NCBI GenBank assembly: GCA_963734085.1
Contig: CAVTFT010000015.1
Location: 69,912 to 133,911 of the forward strand
DNA length: 64,000 nt
Reading direction: 5' to 3'
Source of the DNA: an uncultured beta proteobacterium
GTDB taxonomy: Bacteria > Pseudomonadota > Gammaproteobacteria > Burkholderiales > Casimicrobiaceae
Below are positions 23,986-34,175 of the stretch, one piece after another; position 1 is the first letter of the stretch, and every line of letters starts with the position of its first letter. Made by a program: the position numbers and the translations under genes. Below the pieces are notes generated by a model. That model was not told the DNA's origin, made no database searches, and worked only from the letters and a program-made list of their open reading frames with translations.

Positions 23986-25512
23986 TCAATTTTTCGGAAG
24001 CGTCGCGTCGACAGTCGCAGCGGCTGCCGGCGGATCGGCCGGAACATCGACGAACAGGCGAAGGCGCGGCTGCGACGCCGCCTCGTGGGCGAGCAGGACA
24101 TCGTAATAGCCGCGGACGCGGTCGACGAACGCGACGGGCATTCCGCCGCGCGCATAGCCGAGCTTCGCCTGCTCGTGGTATTCGGGCTGCGCGAGCAGCG
24201 GCAGTGCCTTTTTCACATCGCTCCAATGATCGGGATTGAGACCCTGCTTCTGCGCGAGGATGCGTGCGTCCTCGAGATGGCCTATGCCGATGTTGTAGGA
24301 GGCGAGCGCGAGCCACGTCCGGTCGGGTTCGGAGATCCGCTCCGGCAACTTGTCCTTGAGGCTTTTCAGGTAGCGGGCGGCGGCGAGCACGTTTTGCGTC
24401 GGGTCGAGCAGGTCGGTGACGCCGAGGAGCTTTGCCGTGTCCTCGGTGAGTTGCATGAAGCCGCGCACGCCCGTCTCGCTCTGCGCCGACGAATCCCATT
24501 TCGATTCCTGGTAGGCGATCGCCGCGAGCAGCCGCCAATCGAGCCCCGTTTTTGCCTGCGTGTCGCGGAAGAGCGGCCGGTATTGCGGCAGCAGCGTGCG
24601 CATCTTTTCCTGCAGCCCGACGGCATCGATGCGCAGGAACTGGCGCGCCTCGGGAACGTAGCGTTCGACGAGGCGCTCGAGCGTCCCGTTGCGTTTCGCA
24701 CGCACGAGGAATCGGTCCAGCTCCTGCGCGAGCTTCGGATCGCGCGGCGAGACCGCCCAGGCGATATCGCGCCGGCCGCCGACCGGAAACGCGACGTCGA
24801 ATTCGAGGTAGATGTTACGTGCGACGGCGGCGGCAAGCGAGCCGACGATCGCGTAGGACAGCGTGCCGTCGGAGACCTGCGCGATGAGCTCGGAGGCCGA
24901 CGGGAGCGCGATCGGCCGCCACGTGATTTCCGGATGCGCGGCGCGCAGACGGTCGATTTCCGGTTCGATGCCGAAGGAGTCGATATACGCGACAGTCTCG
25001 CCGTCGAGATCGTCCCAACTGGCGGGCTTGAAGCCATCCGAGTTGTAGATCAGCACGGGCTCGGCGGCGAGATAACCGATCGTCCACAGGACCGGCGGCG
25101 CAGCACTCGCGGCGGCCGTGGCAAGGCGCGCCTCTATCCCGACGACGCCGAGCGGCGGACGCGGCGGAGGAGGGCGCAGCAAGCCGCCGACGCCCAGGTG
25201 CGCTTCGCCGCGCTCGATCGCCGCGAACACCTCCGCTGCAGAGTCCGCCGGCACGAAACGGACGGGCGTTTTCCTTTCCTGCGCGAACAATCGCACGAGA
25301 TCGGCGTCGAAACCCACGAAGGCGCCATCCGGACCGGGGAAATAGACGATCGGGCCCGGACGGACGAACACGACAAGCTCGTCGGCCTTGACGGGTGCCG
25401 CGGGCGACGGCGGCGGAGGGCTGACAGGAAGCGGAACGAGCAGCGCGAACGCGAGCGCGGCCACTGCCGCAATCCCGGCGGCGATGAAGACGACGCGGCG
25501 CAACGGTCGCAC
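23986..25512 (-). CDS. mltF: membrane-bound lytic murein transglycosylase F
   Basis: 508 aa with an N-terminal SBP-like domain and a C-terminal SLT domain (AIAYQESKWDSSAQSETGVRGFMQLT...ASYNIG). Confidence 0.85.
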   Translation of the reverse strand: MRPLRRVVFIAAGIAAVAALAFALLVPLPVSPPPPSPAAPVKADELVVFVRPGPIVYFPGPDGAFVGFDADLVRLFAQERKTPVRFVPADSAAEVFAAIERGEAHLGVGGLLRPPPPRPPLGVVGIEARLATAAASAAPPVLWTIGYLAAEPVLIYNSDGFKPASWDDLDGETVAYIDSFGIEPEIDRLRAAHPEITWRPIALPSASELIAQVSDGTLSYAIVGSLAAAVARNIYLEFDVAFPVGGRRDIAWAVSPRDPKLAQELDRFLVRAKRNGTLERLVERYVPEARQFLRIDAVGLQEKMRTLLPQYRPLFRDTQAKTGLDWRLLAAIAYQESKWDSSAQSETGVRGFMQLTEDTAKLLGVTDLLDPTQNVLAAARYLKSLKDKLPERISEPDRTWLALASYNIGIGHLEDARILAQKQGLNPDHWSDVKKALPLLAQPEYHEQAKLGYARGGMPVAFVDRVRGYYDVLLAHEAASQPRLRLFVDVPADPPAAAATVDATLPKN

Positions 25513-25595
25513 TCTATGGTGGCGAAGACGTCAGCAGGCGATCCGGCCGATTATAGCGACAGCCCCGCCGCGTCCCGGTTCCGTTGGCCGCGCGC

Positions 25596-25624
25596 TTGCT
25601 GCCGACGATCGGATGGCCGATAAT
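25596..25624 (+). promoter_or_regulatory. putative sigma70 promoter upstream of ffs
   Basis: TTGCTG, 17 nt spacer, GATAAT, about 30 nt upstream of the SRP RNA conserved hairpin. Confidence 0.3.
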
Positions 25625-25653
25625 TCCTTTCTTGCGCTTGCCCGCACCGATCA

Positions 25654-25753
25654 ACGGCGGGTCGCCCCGCATTGCGGCGTCGTGAACCTGGTCAGGTCCG
25701 GAAGGAAGCAGCCACAGCGATTCCCCGCAAGTGCCGGGGGAACGGCTCGCCAC
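25654..25753 (+). ncRNA. ffs: signal recognition particle RNA (4.5S type)
   Basis: Contains the conserved domain IV sequence CCTGGTCAGGTCCGGAAGGAAGCAGCC with a GGAA tetraloop. The flanks pair (GCATTGCGG with CCGCAAGTGC, CCCC with GGGG). Sits upstream of dnaX, a common position. Ends are approximate. Confidence 0.8.
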
Positions 25754-25914
25754 CTTCTCTTTGCTCGTCGGATCGACCTGATACTGCGCTGCTCGCCCAC
25801 TCGATCGCTCACGTACGTCCATGTACGTTGCGCGCTCTCATGGGCTCGCGCCCTGTCTCCGGCCGATCTGACGGCAAATAGACCTGAGCTTCGAATGCAG
25901 CTTCGGCCGATGCT

Positions 25915-27537
25915 ATGAGCTATCAGGTTCTCGCCCGCAAGTGGCGGCCGAAGACATTCGCCGAGATCGCGGGACAGGAGCACGTCGTCACCGCGCTCAG
26001 CAACGCACTTTCCCGTGGGCGGCTGCACCATGCGTACCTGCTCACCGGCACGCGGGGCGTGGGCAAGACGACGATCGCGCGGATTCTGGCGAAGAGCCTC
26101 AACTGCCTCACCAACGGCGTCACGGCGACGCCATGCGGCACGTGCGCGGCGTGCCTCGACATCGACGCGGGGCGTTTCGTCGACCTGCTCGAGCTCGACG
26201 CCGCGTCGAACACGCAGGTCGACAACATGCGCGAGATCCTCGACAACGCGCGCTACGCGCCGACGGTCGGCCGCTACAAGGTTTACCTTATCGACGAAGT
26301 GCACATGCTGTCGAAGTCGGCGTTCAATGCGATGCTGAAAACGCTCGAGGAGCCGCCCGAGCACGTCAAGTTCGTGCTGGCGACCACCGATCCGCAGAAA
26401 ATCCCAGTGACCGTGCTGTCGCGTTGCCTGCAGTTCAATCTGAAGCAGCTGCCGCCGGCACTGATCGCGGAACGGCTGGCCGCGATTCTCGATGCCGAGA
26501 AGATCGCCGCCGACCCGAGCGCGCTGGCGTTGATCGCGAAGGCAGCGCAGGGCTCGATGCGCGACGCGCTGTCGCTGCTGGACCAGGCGATCGCCTACGG
26601 CGGGGGCGACGTGCGCGAGCCGGCCGTGCGTACGATGCTGGGCGCCGTCGACAAGGAGTACGTTTATCGGATCGTCGCGGCGCGCAACGCCGCCAACGGA
26701 CCGGCGCTGCTGGCGGAGGCCGACGCGATGGCGGCGCGCAGCATCGCGTTTGCGAATGCGCTGGACGAGCTCGCGTCGCTCTTCCACCGGATTGCGATCG
26801 TCCAGACGGTGCCGGCCGCCGGTCCGGCCGATGCCGACGCCGAGCGCATTGCCGGGTTCGCCGCGCAGATGACGCCCGAAGACGTGCAGCTCGCCTATCA
26901 GATCTGCGTGCAGGGCCGCGCCGATCTTGCGCTGGCGCCCGACGAGGCGACGGGCTTCTCGATGACGCTGCTGCGGCTGCTCGCTTTCGCGCCGGGCAGT
27001 GGCGTGCCGCCGGCGGGGCCGAGCGGCGACGTGGTACCGGCGTCCGGGCGCAGCGGCGCAGCGAAAGCACGCGCCGCGGTTGCCGCGGCGGACGCATCGC
27101 CCGCAAGTGTCGCCACGGTCGCCGGGAGCCCCGTGCCGAATGCCGTGCTGCCCGAGGATGTCGCCGACTGGCCGGCGTTCGTCGGGGGACTCAAGCTGCC
27201 GCCGATCGCCGCGCAGCTCGCAGCGCAGACCGAGTTGAAGTCGATCAAGGGCAACGTGCTCACGCTGGCGCTGCCGGTCGCGCACAAGCATCTCGCCGAC
27301 AAGGCCTATTCGGACAAGCTCAAAGTCGCGCTCGACCAGGCGACCGGGCGCAAGCTGCTGCTCGCCTTCGAGGTCGGCGCCGCCGCCGAATCGTCGCTTG
27401 CCGCACAGGAAAGCAGGGCGCGAGCGGAACAGAAGGCGAAGAACGAGGCTGCGTTTCGCAGCGAGCCGTTCGTCCGCGACGTGCTCGAGCGCTTCGATGC
27501 GAGAATCAAACCCGATTCGATCAAGCCGGTCTCGTAA
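25915..27537 (+). CDS. dnaX: DNA polymerase III subunit gamma/tau
   Basis: 540 aa: [24 protein letters not shown]...[15 protein letters not shown]...[11 protein letters not shown]...[10 protein letters not shown]. Confidence 0.93.
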   Translation: MSYQVLARKWRPKTFAEIAGQEHVVTALSNALSRGRLHHAYLLTGTRGVGKTTIARILAKSLNCLTNGVTATPCGTCAACLDIDAGRFVDLLELDAASNTQVDNMREILDNARYAPTVGRYKVYLIDEVHMLSKSAFNAMLKTLEEPPEHVKFVLATTDPQKIPVTVLSRCLQFNLKQLPPALIAERLAAILDAEKIAADPSALALIAKAAQGSMRDALSLLDQAIAYGGGDVREPAVRTMLGAVDKEYVYRIVAARNAANGPALLAEADAMAARSIAFANALDELASLFHRIAIVQTVPAAGPADADAERIAGFAAQMTPEDVQLAYQICVQGRADLALAPDEATGFSMTLLRLLAFAPGSGVPPAGPSGDVVPASGRSGAAKARAAVAAADASPASVATVAGSPVPNAVLPEDVADWPAFVGGLKLPPIAAQLAAQTELKSIKGNVLTLALPVAHKHLADKAYSDKLKVALDQATGRKLLLAFEVGAAAESSLAAQESRARAEQKAKNEAAFRSEPFVRDVLERFDARIKPDSIKPVS

Positions 27538-27582
27538 ATTCGTTGCCGCGGCGCGACGCTGCGGCGGACAAGGAGTCGCACG

Positions 27583-27909
27583 ATGATGAAAAACCAGCTC
27601 GCCGGTCTGATGAAACAGGCGCAGCAGATGCAGGACAATCTGAAGAAGGCGCAGGACGAGCTCGCGAGCATCGAGGTCGAGGGCCAGGCGGGTGCCGGCC
27701 TCGTGAAGATCGTCATGACGTGCAAGCACGACGTGAAGCGGGTGACGATCGATCCCACGCTCCTGGCCGAGGACAAGGACATGCTCGAGGATCTCGTTGC
27801 CGCCGCGGTCAACGACGCGGTGCGCCGGGTCGAGATGACGACGCAGGAGAAGATGGCCGGCCTGACGATGGGGATGCCGATGCCTCCGGGCTTCAAGTTG
27901 CCGTTCTAG
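27583..27909 (+). CDS. ybaB: nucleoid-associated protein YbaB/EbfC
   Basis: 108 aa: [58 protein letters not shown]. Confidence 0.92.
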   Translation: MMKNQLAGLMKQAQQMQDNLKKAQDELASIEVEGQAGAGLVKIVMTCKHDVKRVTIDPTLLAEDKDMLEDLVAAAVNDAVRRVEMTTQEKMAGLTMGMPMPPGFKLPF

Positions 27910-27938
27910 CGCAAAGCCACTTACTGGCGCCCGCTGCA

Positions 27939-28580
27939 ATGACCGACCGCACTCCCGCCGCACGGGTGGTGCCGGCTATTGCGCCGGCGTCCGGTCTCGA
28001 CGATCTGGCGCGCGCGCTGCGCTGTCTGCCCGGCGTCGGACCGAAGGCGGCACAGCGAATGGCGCTGCATCTGCTGCAGCATGACCGCGAGGGTGCGGTG
28101 CGCCTTGCCAACGCACTCGAACATGCCGCCAGAACCGTTCGGCACTGCGAGCGCTGCAACACGTTCACCGAAGACGTCGTTTGCGCGCTGTGCCGGTCGG
28201 CGAAGCGCGATGCGGCACTCTTGTGCGTCGTCGAAACGCCCGCCGACCTGCTGATGGTCGAGAACACGCAGGCGTACTCCGGCCTCTATTTCGTGCTGAT
28301 GGGGCGGCTTTCGCCGCTCGACGGCATTGGCCCGAAGGAGATCCGTCTGGACCGGCTGATCGAGCGCGCCGCCGACGGCGTGGTACAGGAGGTCGTGCTG
28401 GCGACCAACTTCACCAACGAAGGCGAGGCGACGGCGCACTACATCGGCGAGCTCCTGGCCGCCCGTGGGCTCAAGGTGAGCCGCCTCGCCCGGGGCGTTC
28501 CTGTCGGCGGCGAGCTCGAGTACGTGGACAGCGGCACGCTCGCCCAGGCATTGCGCGAGCGACGGACGCTCACGCCCTGA
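27939..28580 (+). CDS. recR: recombination protein RecR
   Basis: The ATG at 27939 lies inside an artefactual 879-aa frame. It gives 213 aa: [20 protein letters not shown]...[17 protein letters not shown]...Toprim-type [17 protein letters not shown]. Confidence 0.93.
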   Translation: MTDRTPAARVVPAIAPASGLDDLARALRCLPGVGPKAAQRMALHLLQHDREGAVRLANALEHAARTVRHCERCNTFTEDVVCALCRSAKRDAALLCVVETPADLLMVENTQAYSGLYFVLMGRLSPLDGIGPKEIRLDRLIERAADGVVQEVVLATNFTNEGEATAHYIGELLAARGLKVSRLARGVPVGGELEYVDSGTLAQALRERRTLTP

Positions 28581-28811
28581 CGCGGCCCCCGTCCGGCCGC
28601 CCTGTTCACAACAGGTGCGCCCGAAGAGCTGTTCCGGCGGGGTCGGCGCCGTGGACGTTGCGGAGAAGGCGGGTATACACTGTCCGTAACGAGTGGGGCG
28701 CGCCGGCTGCATCGTTCGCGACGGCCCACCAAAAGAGCAGGTTCCGGGTCCATTCCAACTGCAATTCCCGGTACGGCGTAACGACGCCAATATGACCATG
28801 GAGGAGGACGC

Positions 28812-29966
28812 ATGACGCGCAAGTCGCTCGTTCCGGCGAAAGCCGAACCCCGCAAGCAAGGTTCCCGCCGCAAGTTCCTGAAAGCCGCCACCGGTGTGGC
28901 CGCCGGCAGCGCCACCCTCGGCTTCCCGATGATCGCGAAATCACAGGCGCCGATCGTCTGGCGCTTTCAGAGCACGTGGCCCGCGAAGGACATCTTCCAC
29001 GAGTACGCGCAGGACTACGCGCGCAGGGTCAACGAAATGTCCGGCAACCGGATGAGGCTCGATGTCCTGCCTGCCGGCGCAGTCGTCGGTGCGTTCGGAA
29101 TGCAGGATGCCGTCAGCACGGGCGTGCTCGACGGCGGTCACGGCGTCTGCGCCTACTGGTACGGCAAGAACAAGGCCTTTTCGCTGTTCGGAACGGCGCC
29201 GTCCTTCGGGTGGAGCGCCAACGACCTCCTCGGCTGGTTTTATTACGGCGACGGCGAAAAGATGTACAACGAGCTCATCAACGACATCCTCAAGGTCAAC
29301 GTCGTTGGGTGGCTTACGGGTCCGATGCCGACACAGCCCCTTGGCTGGTTCAAGAAGCCGATCACCGACGTCGCGCAGTTTCAGAAGCTCAAGTACCGTA
29401 CCGTCGGGCTGGCGGCTGACCTGATGAACGAACTGGGGGCGGCAGTCACGATTATCGGCGGCGCGGACATCGTTCCATCGATGGATCGGGGCGTGCTGGA
29501 CGCGGCGGAATTCAACAACCCGTCGTCCGACCTCGCACTGGGGTTCCCCGACGTCTCGAAGGTCTACATGGTTCAGAGCTTCCACCAGGACATGGAGTGC
29601 TTCGAAATCATCTTCAATAAGGCCAAATACAACGCGCTGCCCAAGGAGTTGCAGGCGATTCTCAGGTATTCCGCCGAAGCTGCGTCGGCCGACATGTCCT
29701 GGAAATGGCAGAAACGCTATCCCGAGGACCTGGTCAAGATCGAGAAGATGGGCGTCAAGGTCTACGAAACGCCGACGTCGGTGCTGCAGGCGCAGCTCGC
29801 CGCGTGGGACAGGATCCTGGCGAGGATCTCGCAGGAGAACAAGTTCTTCGGGCGGGTCATCGACTCGCAGAAGGCTTGGGCCAAGACCGTCGTTGGTTAC
29901 AAGGCTCAGTTCGAATCGCCGCGCGAGCTCGCGTCCAAGCACTTCCTCGGTCTGAACCGGGCCTGA
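28812..29966 (+). CDS. TRAP transporter substrate-binding protein (Tat signal)
   Basis: 384 aa with twin-arginine leader SRRKFLKAATGVAAGSATLGFPMIAKSQA. The body resembles the mannitol/chloroaromatic-type TRAP periplasmic component. Confidence 0.88.
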   Translation: MTRKSLVPAKAEPRKQGSRRKFLKAATGVAAGSATLGFPMIAKSQAPIVWRFQSTWPAKDIFHEYAQDYARRVNEMSGNRMRLDVLPAGAVVGAFGMQDAVSTGVLDGGHGVCAYWYGKNKAFSLFGTAPSFGWSANDLLGWFYYGDGEKMYNELINDILKVNVVGWLTGPMPTQPLGWFKKPITDVAQFQKLKYRTVGLAADLMNELGAAVTIIGGADIVPSMDRGVLDAAEFNNPSSDLALGFPDVSKVYMVQSFHQDMECFEIIFNKAKYNALPKELQAILRYSAEAASADMSWKWQKRYPEDLVKIEKMGVKVYETPTSVLQAQLAAWDRILARISQENKFFGRVIDSQKAWAKTVVGYKAQFESPRELASKHFLGLNRA

Positions 29967-29985
29967 GGTTCGACCGGACATTGGC

Positions 29986-30039
29986 CTTCGCCGCCGCGAG
30001 GTGATCGGCGCCGCTTGTCGATCATCACGGGCGGCGAAG
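29986..30039 (+). promoter_or_regulatory. intergenic stem-loop between the TRAP binding-protein and permease genes
   Basis: CTTCGCCGCC (29986-29995) pairs with GGCGGCGAAG (30030-30039), with further inner pairing (GTGATC with GATCATCAC). No U-tract follows. It could act as an mRNA stabiliser or attenuator. Confidence 0.4.
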
Positions 30040-30142
30040 CCGTGTCTGGCACAGGCCGAGGCGGACTCGGCGCACGGCGCGCCGCCGTTTTGCGCCGGCG
30101 AGGGTATGCCCGCGACGGGCGGATTGCGGCTAGGGAGAGTCC

Positions 30143-30760
30143 ATGCAGCGCTATCTGTTGGCGATCGATGACCTGAGCACGTGGGTCGGCAAGACTTTCG
30201 CGTGGTGCATCCTCATCCTTACCGCGGTCGTCTGCTACGACGTCGTGATGCGCTACGTGTTCAGCGCGCCTACCGGGTGGGCCTACGACACCGAGTACAT
30301 CCTGTACGGCACGCTGTTCATGATGGCGGGAGCCTACACGCTGTCGCAGGACGGACACGTGCGCGGTGACTTCATTTCGAGGATGCTGTCGTTCAAGGTG
30401 AGAGCCTCGATCGAGCTGGCTTGCCTGGTCCTGTTCTTCTTCCCTGCGATGCTGGCGCTCCTGTATTCCGGCTGGGAATTCTTCCACATCTCATGGCTGC
30501 AGAACGAGCACAGCGCGTCGAGCCCGACGGGCCCTGCGATCTATCCCTTCAAGGCGATCATTCCGCTGGCGGCGATCTTCATGCTGTTGCAGGGGACGGT
30601 TGAAGTCATTCGCTGCGTCGTCGCGCTCAGGACCGGCAAGACGCCGCAGCGCCGGCGTGACGTCGAGGAACTCGAAAAGGTGATCCTGGAAGAGGCCGAG
30701 GCTGGCAAGACCGCGGCTGAAATTCTTCAGGACGTTGAGCACCACGGGGAAAAGCAATGA
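30143..30760 (+). CDS. TRAP transporter small permease subunit
   Basis: 205 aa with four TM helices, located between the SBP and the large permease. 4-nt overlap with the next gene. Confidence 0.85.
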   Translation: MQRYLLAIDDLSTWVGKTFAWCILILTAVVCYDVVMRYVFSAPTGWAYDTEYILYGTLFMMAGAYTLSQDGHVRGDFISRMLSFKVRASIELACLVLFFFPAMLALLYSGWEFFHISWLQNEHSASSPTGPAIYPFKAIIPLAAIFMLLQGTVEVIRCVVALRTGKTPQRRRDVEELEKVILEEAEAGKTAAEILQDVEHHGEKQ

Positions 30761-32076
30761 CCGATCCCCAAGTCGGCGTGCTGATGCTGTGCCTGTTCAT
30801 CTTCACGATCTTCCTCGGTTTTCCGATCGCCTTCACGCTGATCGCGCTCGCCGTGTTCTTCGGCTACTACGCGATGGGCGACAACGTCTTCCAGCTCCTC
30901 GTCCAGCGCGCCTTCGGGGTGATGTCGAACGATGTGCTGATCGCTGTGCCGCTTTTTCTGTTCATGGGGTACATGGTCGAGCGCTCGAACATCCTCGATC
31001 GATTGTTCCGCAGCCTGCAGGTGTCGGCGAAGCACATCCCGGCTTCGCTTGCGGTTGCGACGCTTGCCACGTGCGCGCTGTTCGCCACGGCCACGGGAAT
31101 CGTTGGCGCGGTGGTCACATTGATGGGTTTACTCGCGTTTCCCGCGATGCTGAAGGCAGGCTACGACACCAAGCTTTCCGCGGGTGTCGTGGCCGCGGGC
31201 GGCTGCCTGGGGATCCTGATCCCGCCTTCGATCATGCTGATTCTGTACGGCGCGATGGCCAGTACGTCGGTCGTGCGCCTGTACGCTGGCGCATTCCTGC
31301 CAGGCTTCCTGCTCGCCAGCTTGTACATGGCGTACGTGATCGTACGCGCGATGCTGAACCCGAAGCTCGCCCCCAAGCTGCCGAAGGAGGAAACCGAGAT
31401 TCCGTTCCGGCAGATTGTGGTACTGCTCATCACGTCTTTCTTCCCGCTGGCGTTCCTGATCCTCGCCGTGCTGGGTGCGATCCTGTTCGGGCTCGCCACG
31501 CCCAACGAGGCCGCCGCCTTCGGCGCCTTCGGGTCGATCGTGCTTGCGATCGGCTATGGGCAATTCAGTCTGGCACGCTTGAAGGAGGCGGTGTTTCTGA
31601 CGGGTCGAACCGCAGCGATGGTGTGCTGGCTTTTCGTTGGTTCGTGGTCGTTCTCGTCGGTGTTTTCATATCTCGGCGGACAGGCCGTGATCGAGAACTT
31701 CATCCTCGGCCTCAACATGACGCCGGTCACCTTCATGCTGCTTACCCAGTTCATCATCTTCCTGCTGGGATGGCCGCTCGAATGGACCGAGATCATCATC
31801 ATCTTCGTGCCGATTTTCTTGCCGCTGCTGCACCACTTCGACATCGACCCGGTGTTCTTCGGTGTGATGGTCGCGCTCAACATCCAGACGTCGTTCCTGA
31901 CGCCGCCGATGGCGATGGCCTGCTACTACCTGAAGGGGGTCGCGCCGAAGCACGTGACGCTCAATCAGATCTTCGCCGGGGCGCTGCCGTTTCTGGCCAT
32001 GGTCTTCATCACCATGTTCCTGGTCTACGTGTTCCCGCAGATCGCGATGTGGCTGCCGGACTACGTCTATCGCTGA
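30757..32076 (+). CDS. TRAP transporter large permease subunit
   Basis: 439-aa polytopic membrane protein, DctM-like (LFLFMGYMVERSNILDRLF...). Confidence 0.9.
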   Translation: MTDPQVGVLMLCLFIFTIFLGFPIAFTLIALAVFFGYYAMGDNVFQLLVQRAFGVMSNDVLIAVPLFLFMGYMVERSNILDRLFRSLQVSAKHIPASLAVATLATCALFATATGIVGAVVTLMGLLAFPAMLKAGYDTKLSAGVVAAGGCLGILIPPSIMLILYGAMASTSVVRLYAGAFLPGFLLASLYMAYVIVRAMLNPKLAPKLPKEETEIPFRQIVVLLITSFFPLAFLILAVLGAILFGLATPNEAAAFGAFGSIVLAIGYGQFSLARLKEAVFLTGRTAAMVCWLFVGSWSFSSVFSYLGGQAVIENFILGLNMTPVTFMLLTQFIIFLLGWPLEWTEIIIIFVPIFLPLLHHFDIDPVFFGVMVALNIQTSFLTPPMAMACYYLKGVAPKHVTLNQIFAGALPFLAMVFITMFLVYVFPQIAMWLPDYVYR

Positions 32077-32210
32077 CACCGCTGACGGCCAAAGACTGGC
32101 GCTTCGAGCCTGCGGGACAGCGGCGGCCCGACCCATTGCGCGGCGTCCGGTCGCGGGAGTAACCTGATCGGCGACGGCTACGCGCGCAGAAGCGGCCCCG
32201 AGGAGGAATC

Positions 32211-32645
32211 ATGCTCGTCAGCGAAATCCTGCGCATCAAGGGAAGCGCGCTCTTCACGACGCCGCCGGACGCGCCGGTCCTGGATGCAGTCAAGGTCATG
32301 GCGCAACGCGACATCGGCTCGCTGGTCGTGATGGACCACGGACGGATGGCCGGGATCGTGACGTTTGCCGAGGTGCTGAGGGCGCTTTCGGACCGTGGCG
32401 GCACCCTCGGCGACGTCAAGATCGGCACGATCACCGAGCGGAGCCCGCTCACCGCGACGCCGCACCTCGACGTCAACGATCTCCGGCGGACGATGCTCGA
32501 ACGGCACGCGCGTTACGTGCCAGTGCTGGACGGCGGGACGCTGCTGGGCGTCGTGTCGTTCCACGACGTCGCCAAGGCGGTGCTCGAAGAGCAGGGCTTC
32601 GAGAACCAGATGCTGAAGAGCTATATCGCGGATACGAAGGCCTGA
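32211..32645 (+). CDS. CBS domain pair protein
   Basis: 144 aa with two CBS repeats (IGSLVVMDHGRMAGIVT and RYVPVLDGGTLLGVVSFHDV). Confidence 0.85.
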   Translation: MLVSEILRIKGSALFTTPPDAPVLDAVKVMAQRDIGSLVVMDHGRMAGIVTFAEVLRALSDRGGTLGDVKIGTITERSPLTATPHLDVNDLRRTMLERHARYVPVLDGGTLLGVVSFHDVAKAVLEEQGFENQMLKSYIADTKA

Positions 32646-32647
32646 TC

Positions 32648-32730
32648 ATCGTCCCCGCCGAGCCGGGGGCCCAGTGACTCTTGTCGAACGACGCTGGATT
32701 CTCGCCCGCAACTGCTCGACGCGGGAATGA
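32648..32730. repeat. degenerate copy of the REP-like palindrome pair
   Basis: TCGTCCCCGCCGAGCCGGGGGCCCAG...CTGGATTCTCGCCCGC...GCGGGAATGA shares blocks with 21766-21840 (TCGTCCCCGC, GGGG.CCCAG, CTGGATT, GCGGGAATGA). Confidence 0.35.
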
Positions 32731-32736
32731 GGGTCG

Positions 32737-33444
32737 TTACGCCTGCAGCACGTACATCGCCGGCCGCTTTGCGTAGCGCGTGAAATCGGCGCCGCGCCAC
32801 TCGCGGATCGTCCTCGTTGCCACGGTTTCGGTCGGCAGCGTCAGATCGGCAGCGACGCACAGCCGCGTCGCCGGCTTGCACGTGGCGACCAGCGATTGCA
32901 GCAAAGCCGCGTTCCGATAAGGCGTCTCGATGAAGAGCTGGGCGTACCCAGTCTGCTGCGATTCGGCGTCAATGCGGCGGATCGCATCGGCGCGCGCCTC
33001 GGACTTGACCGGGAGGTAACCGTGAAACGCGAACCCCTGTCCATTCATCCCGGAGGCCATCAACGCGAGCAGGATCGACGAAGGACCGACGAGTGGCACG
33101 ACGGTGACGCCCTCGCGATGCGCGGCGGCGACGAGAAGCGCGCCGGGGTCGGCAACGCCCGGGCACCCGGCGTCGGACAGGAGCCCGACGTCGTGACCGG
33201 CACGCGTGGGCGAGAGCAGCTCAGCGCAGCGCTCGGCATCGGGCCGCTCGCCGATTTCGGCGATGGCGATCTCACGCAGGGGCAACACCGGTGCAAGCGA
33301 CTTCAGGAAATGCCGCGCCGGCTTGGCGGTCTCGACGACAAAATGGGCCAGGCGGCGCGTCGTGGCGATGGTTCGCGCCGGCAGAACGTCCTCTGGCGGC
33401 ACGAGGCCGAGCAGGTTCGGAACGAGGAACAGCCGGCCGCGCAT
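32737..33444 (-). CDS. SAM-dependent methyltransferase, tetrapyrrole-methylase/RsmI-like fold
   Basis: 235 aa: LFLVPNLLG...GLLSDAGCPGVADPGALLV...VVPLVGPSSILLALMASG. Confidence 0.75.
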   Translation of the reverse strand: MRGRLFLVPNLLGLVPPEDVLPARTIATTRRLAHFVVETAKPARHFLKSLAPVLPLREIAIAEIGERPDAERCAELLSPTRAGHDVGLLSDAGCPGVADPGALLVAAAHREGVTVVPLVGPSSILLALMASGMNGQGFAFHGYLPVKSEARADAIRRIDAESQQTGYAQLFIETPYRNAALLQSLVATCKPATRLCVAADLTLPTETVATRTIREWRGADFTRYAKRPAMYVLQA

Positions 33445-33462
33445 GGAACTCGGCAGGTCGCT

Positions 33463-34053
33463 TCAGGTTCGCGGGACGAGCACCGCAACACCGGCGTCGC
33501 GCAGCAGGCTCGCGAGCCGGATCAGCGGCAGGCCGATCAGCGCCGTCGGGTCGTCGCTCTCGATGCTTTCGAACAGCACGATCCCGAGCCCTTCCGCCTT
33601 CACGGCGCCGGCGCAATCGTACGGCGTTTCGCGACGCAGATACGCTTCGATGTCGGCGCGTCCGAGCGCACGAAACGTGCTGCGCACGTCGACGAGCGTC
33701 GTCCGGCACCGCCCCGTCGCGGTCTCGAGCAACGCGAGGCCCGTGTGGAACACCACCGTCTTGCCCGACAACCTCGTCAGCATGGCGACCGCGCCGTCGA
33801 AATCGCCCGGTTTTCCCACCGCTGCGCCATCGCAGTCGGCAACCTGATCGGAGCCGATGATGAGCGCCGCGGGGTACGCCGAGGCGACGCTGCGGGCCTT
33901 GGCTTCGGCGAGGCGCAGCGCGGTCTCGCGCGGCGCTTCCCCCGCGAGCGGCGCCTCGTCCGCAACGGGGGCGACGGTGACGAAGGGAAGGCCCAGCCGT
34001 CCGAGCAGTTCGCGGCGGTAAGGCGAGGTCGACGCCAGCACCAGCGTCGGCAT
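33463..34053 (-). CDS. Maf-like nucleoside triphosphate pyrophosphatase (YceF-type)
   Basis: The ATG at 34053 gives 196 aa: MPTLVLASTSPYRRELLGRLGLPF...IIGSDQV...GKP...PYDCAGAVKAEGLG. It is divergent from yceD-rpmF, as in E. coli yceF. Confidence 0.88.
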   Translation of the reverse strand: MPTLVLASTSPYRRELLGRLGLPFVTVAPVADEAPLAGEAPRETALRLAEAKARSVASAYPAALIIGSDQVADCDGAAVGKPGDFDGAVAMLTRLSGKTVVFHTGLALLETATGRCRTTLVDVRSTFRALGRADIEAYLRRETPYDCAGAVKAEGLGIVLFESIESDDPTALIGLPLIRLASLLRDAGVAVLVPRT

Positions 34054-34114
34054 GGCCGGGGGCCGTCCGGATGCCGGTGGAATCGGGTTCGTCATTGTTT
34101 TTTCGGGCATTTTT

Positions 34115-34143
34115 TTGACATGTCCGCCGGTTGACGCTATTAT
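34115..34143 (+). promoter_or_regulatory. near-consensus sigma70 promoter of the yceD-rpmF-plsX-fab operon
   Basis: TTGACA (34115-34120), 17 nt spacer, TATTAT (34138-34143). Followed by GGAGGG and the ATG at 34176. Confidence 0.55.
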
Positions 34144-34175
34144 CCAATGTTTTCGGCACGCCCGGAGGGCGCAAC

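Noticed and set aside
25915-27537. Programmed -1 ribosomal frameshift in dnaX (gamma/tau), as in E. coli.
   Set aside because: I found no A-AAA-AAG-type slippery heptamer in the gene. Nothing supports recoding here.
25651-27963. Very long ORFs antisense to or out of frame with real genes. Examples: 25651..27963 - (770 aa), 18314..20440 - (708 aa), 4914..7286 - (790 aa), 2553..4442 + (629 aa), 38797..40425 - (542 aa).
   Set aside because: High GC suppresses stop codons in all frames. The translations are Arg/Ala/Gly/Pro-rich with no motifs. Each overlaps a gene that has strong family signatures on the other strand or frame.
25941-28580. 879-aa ORF spanning dnaX, ybaB and recR as a single giant protein.
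   Set aside because: Only the last 213 codons (from ATG 27939) read as RecR. The upstream part is an alternative frame of dnaX and ybaB with Arg-rich nonsense.
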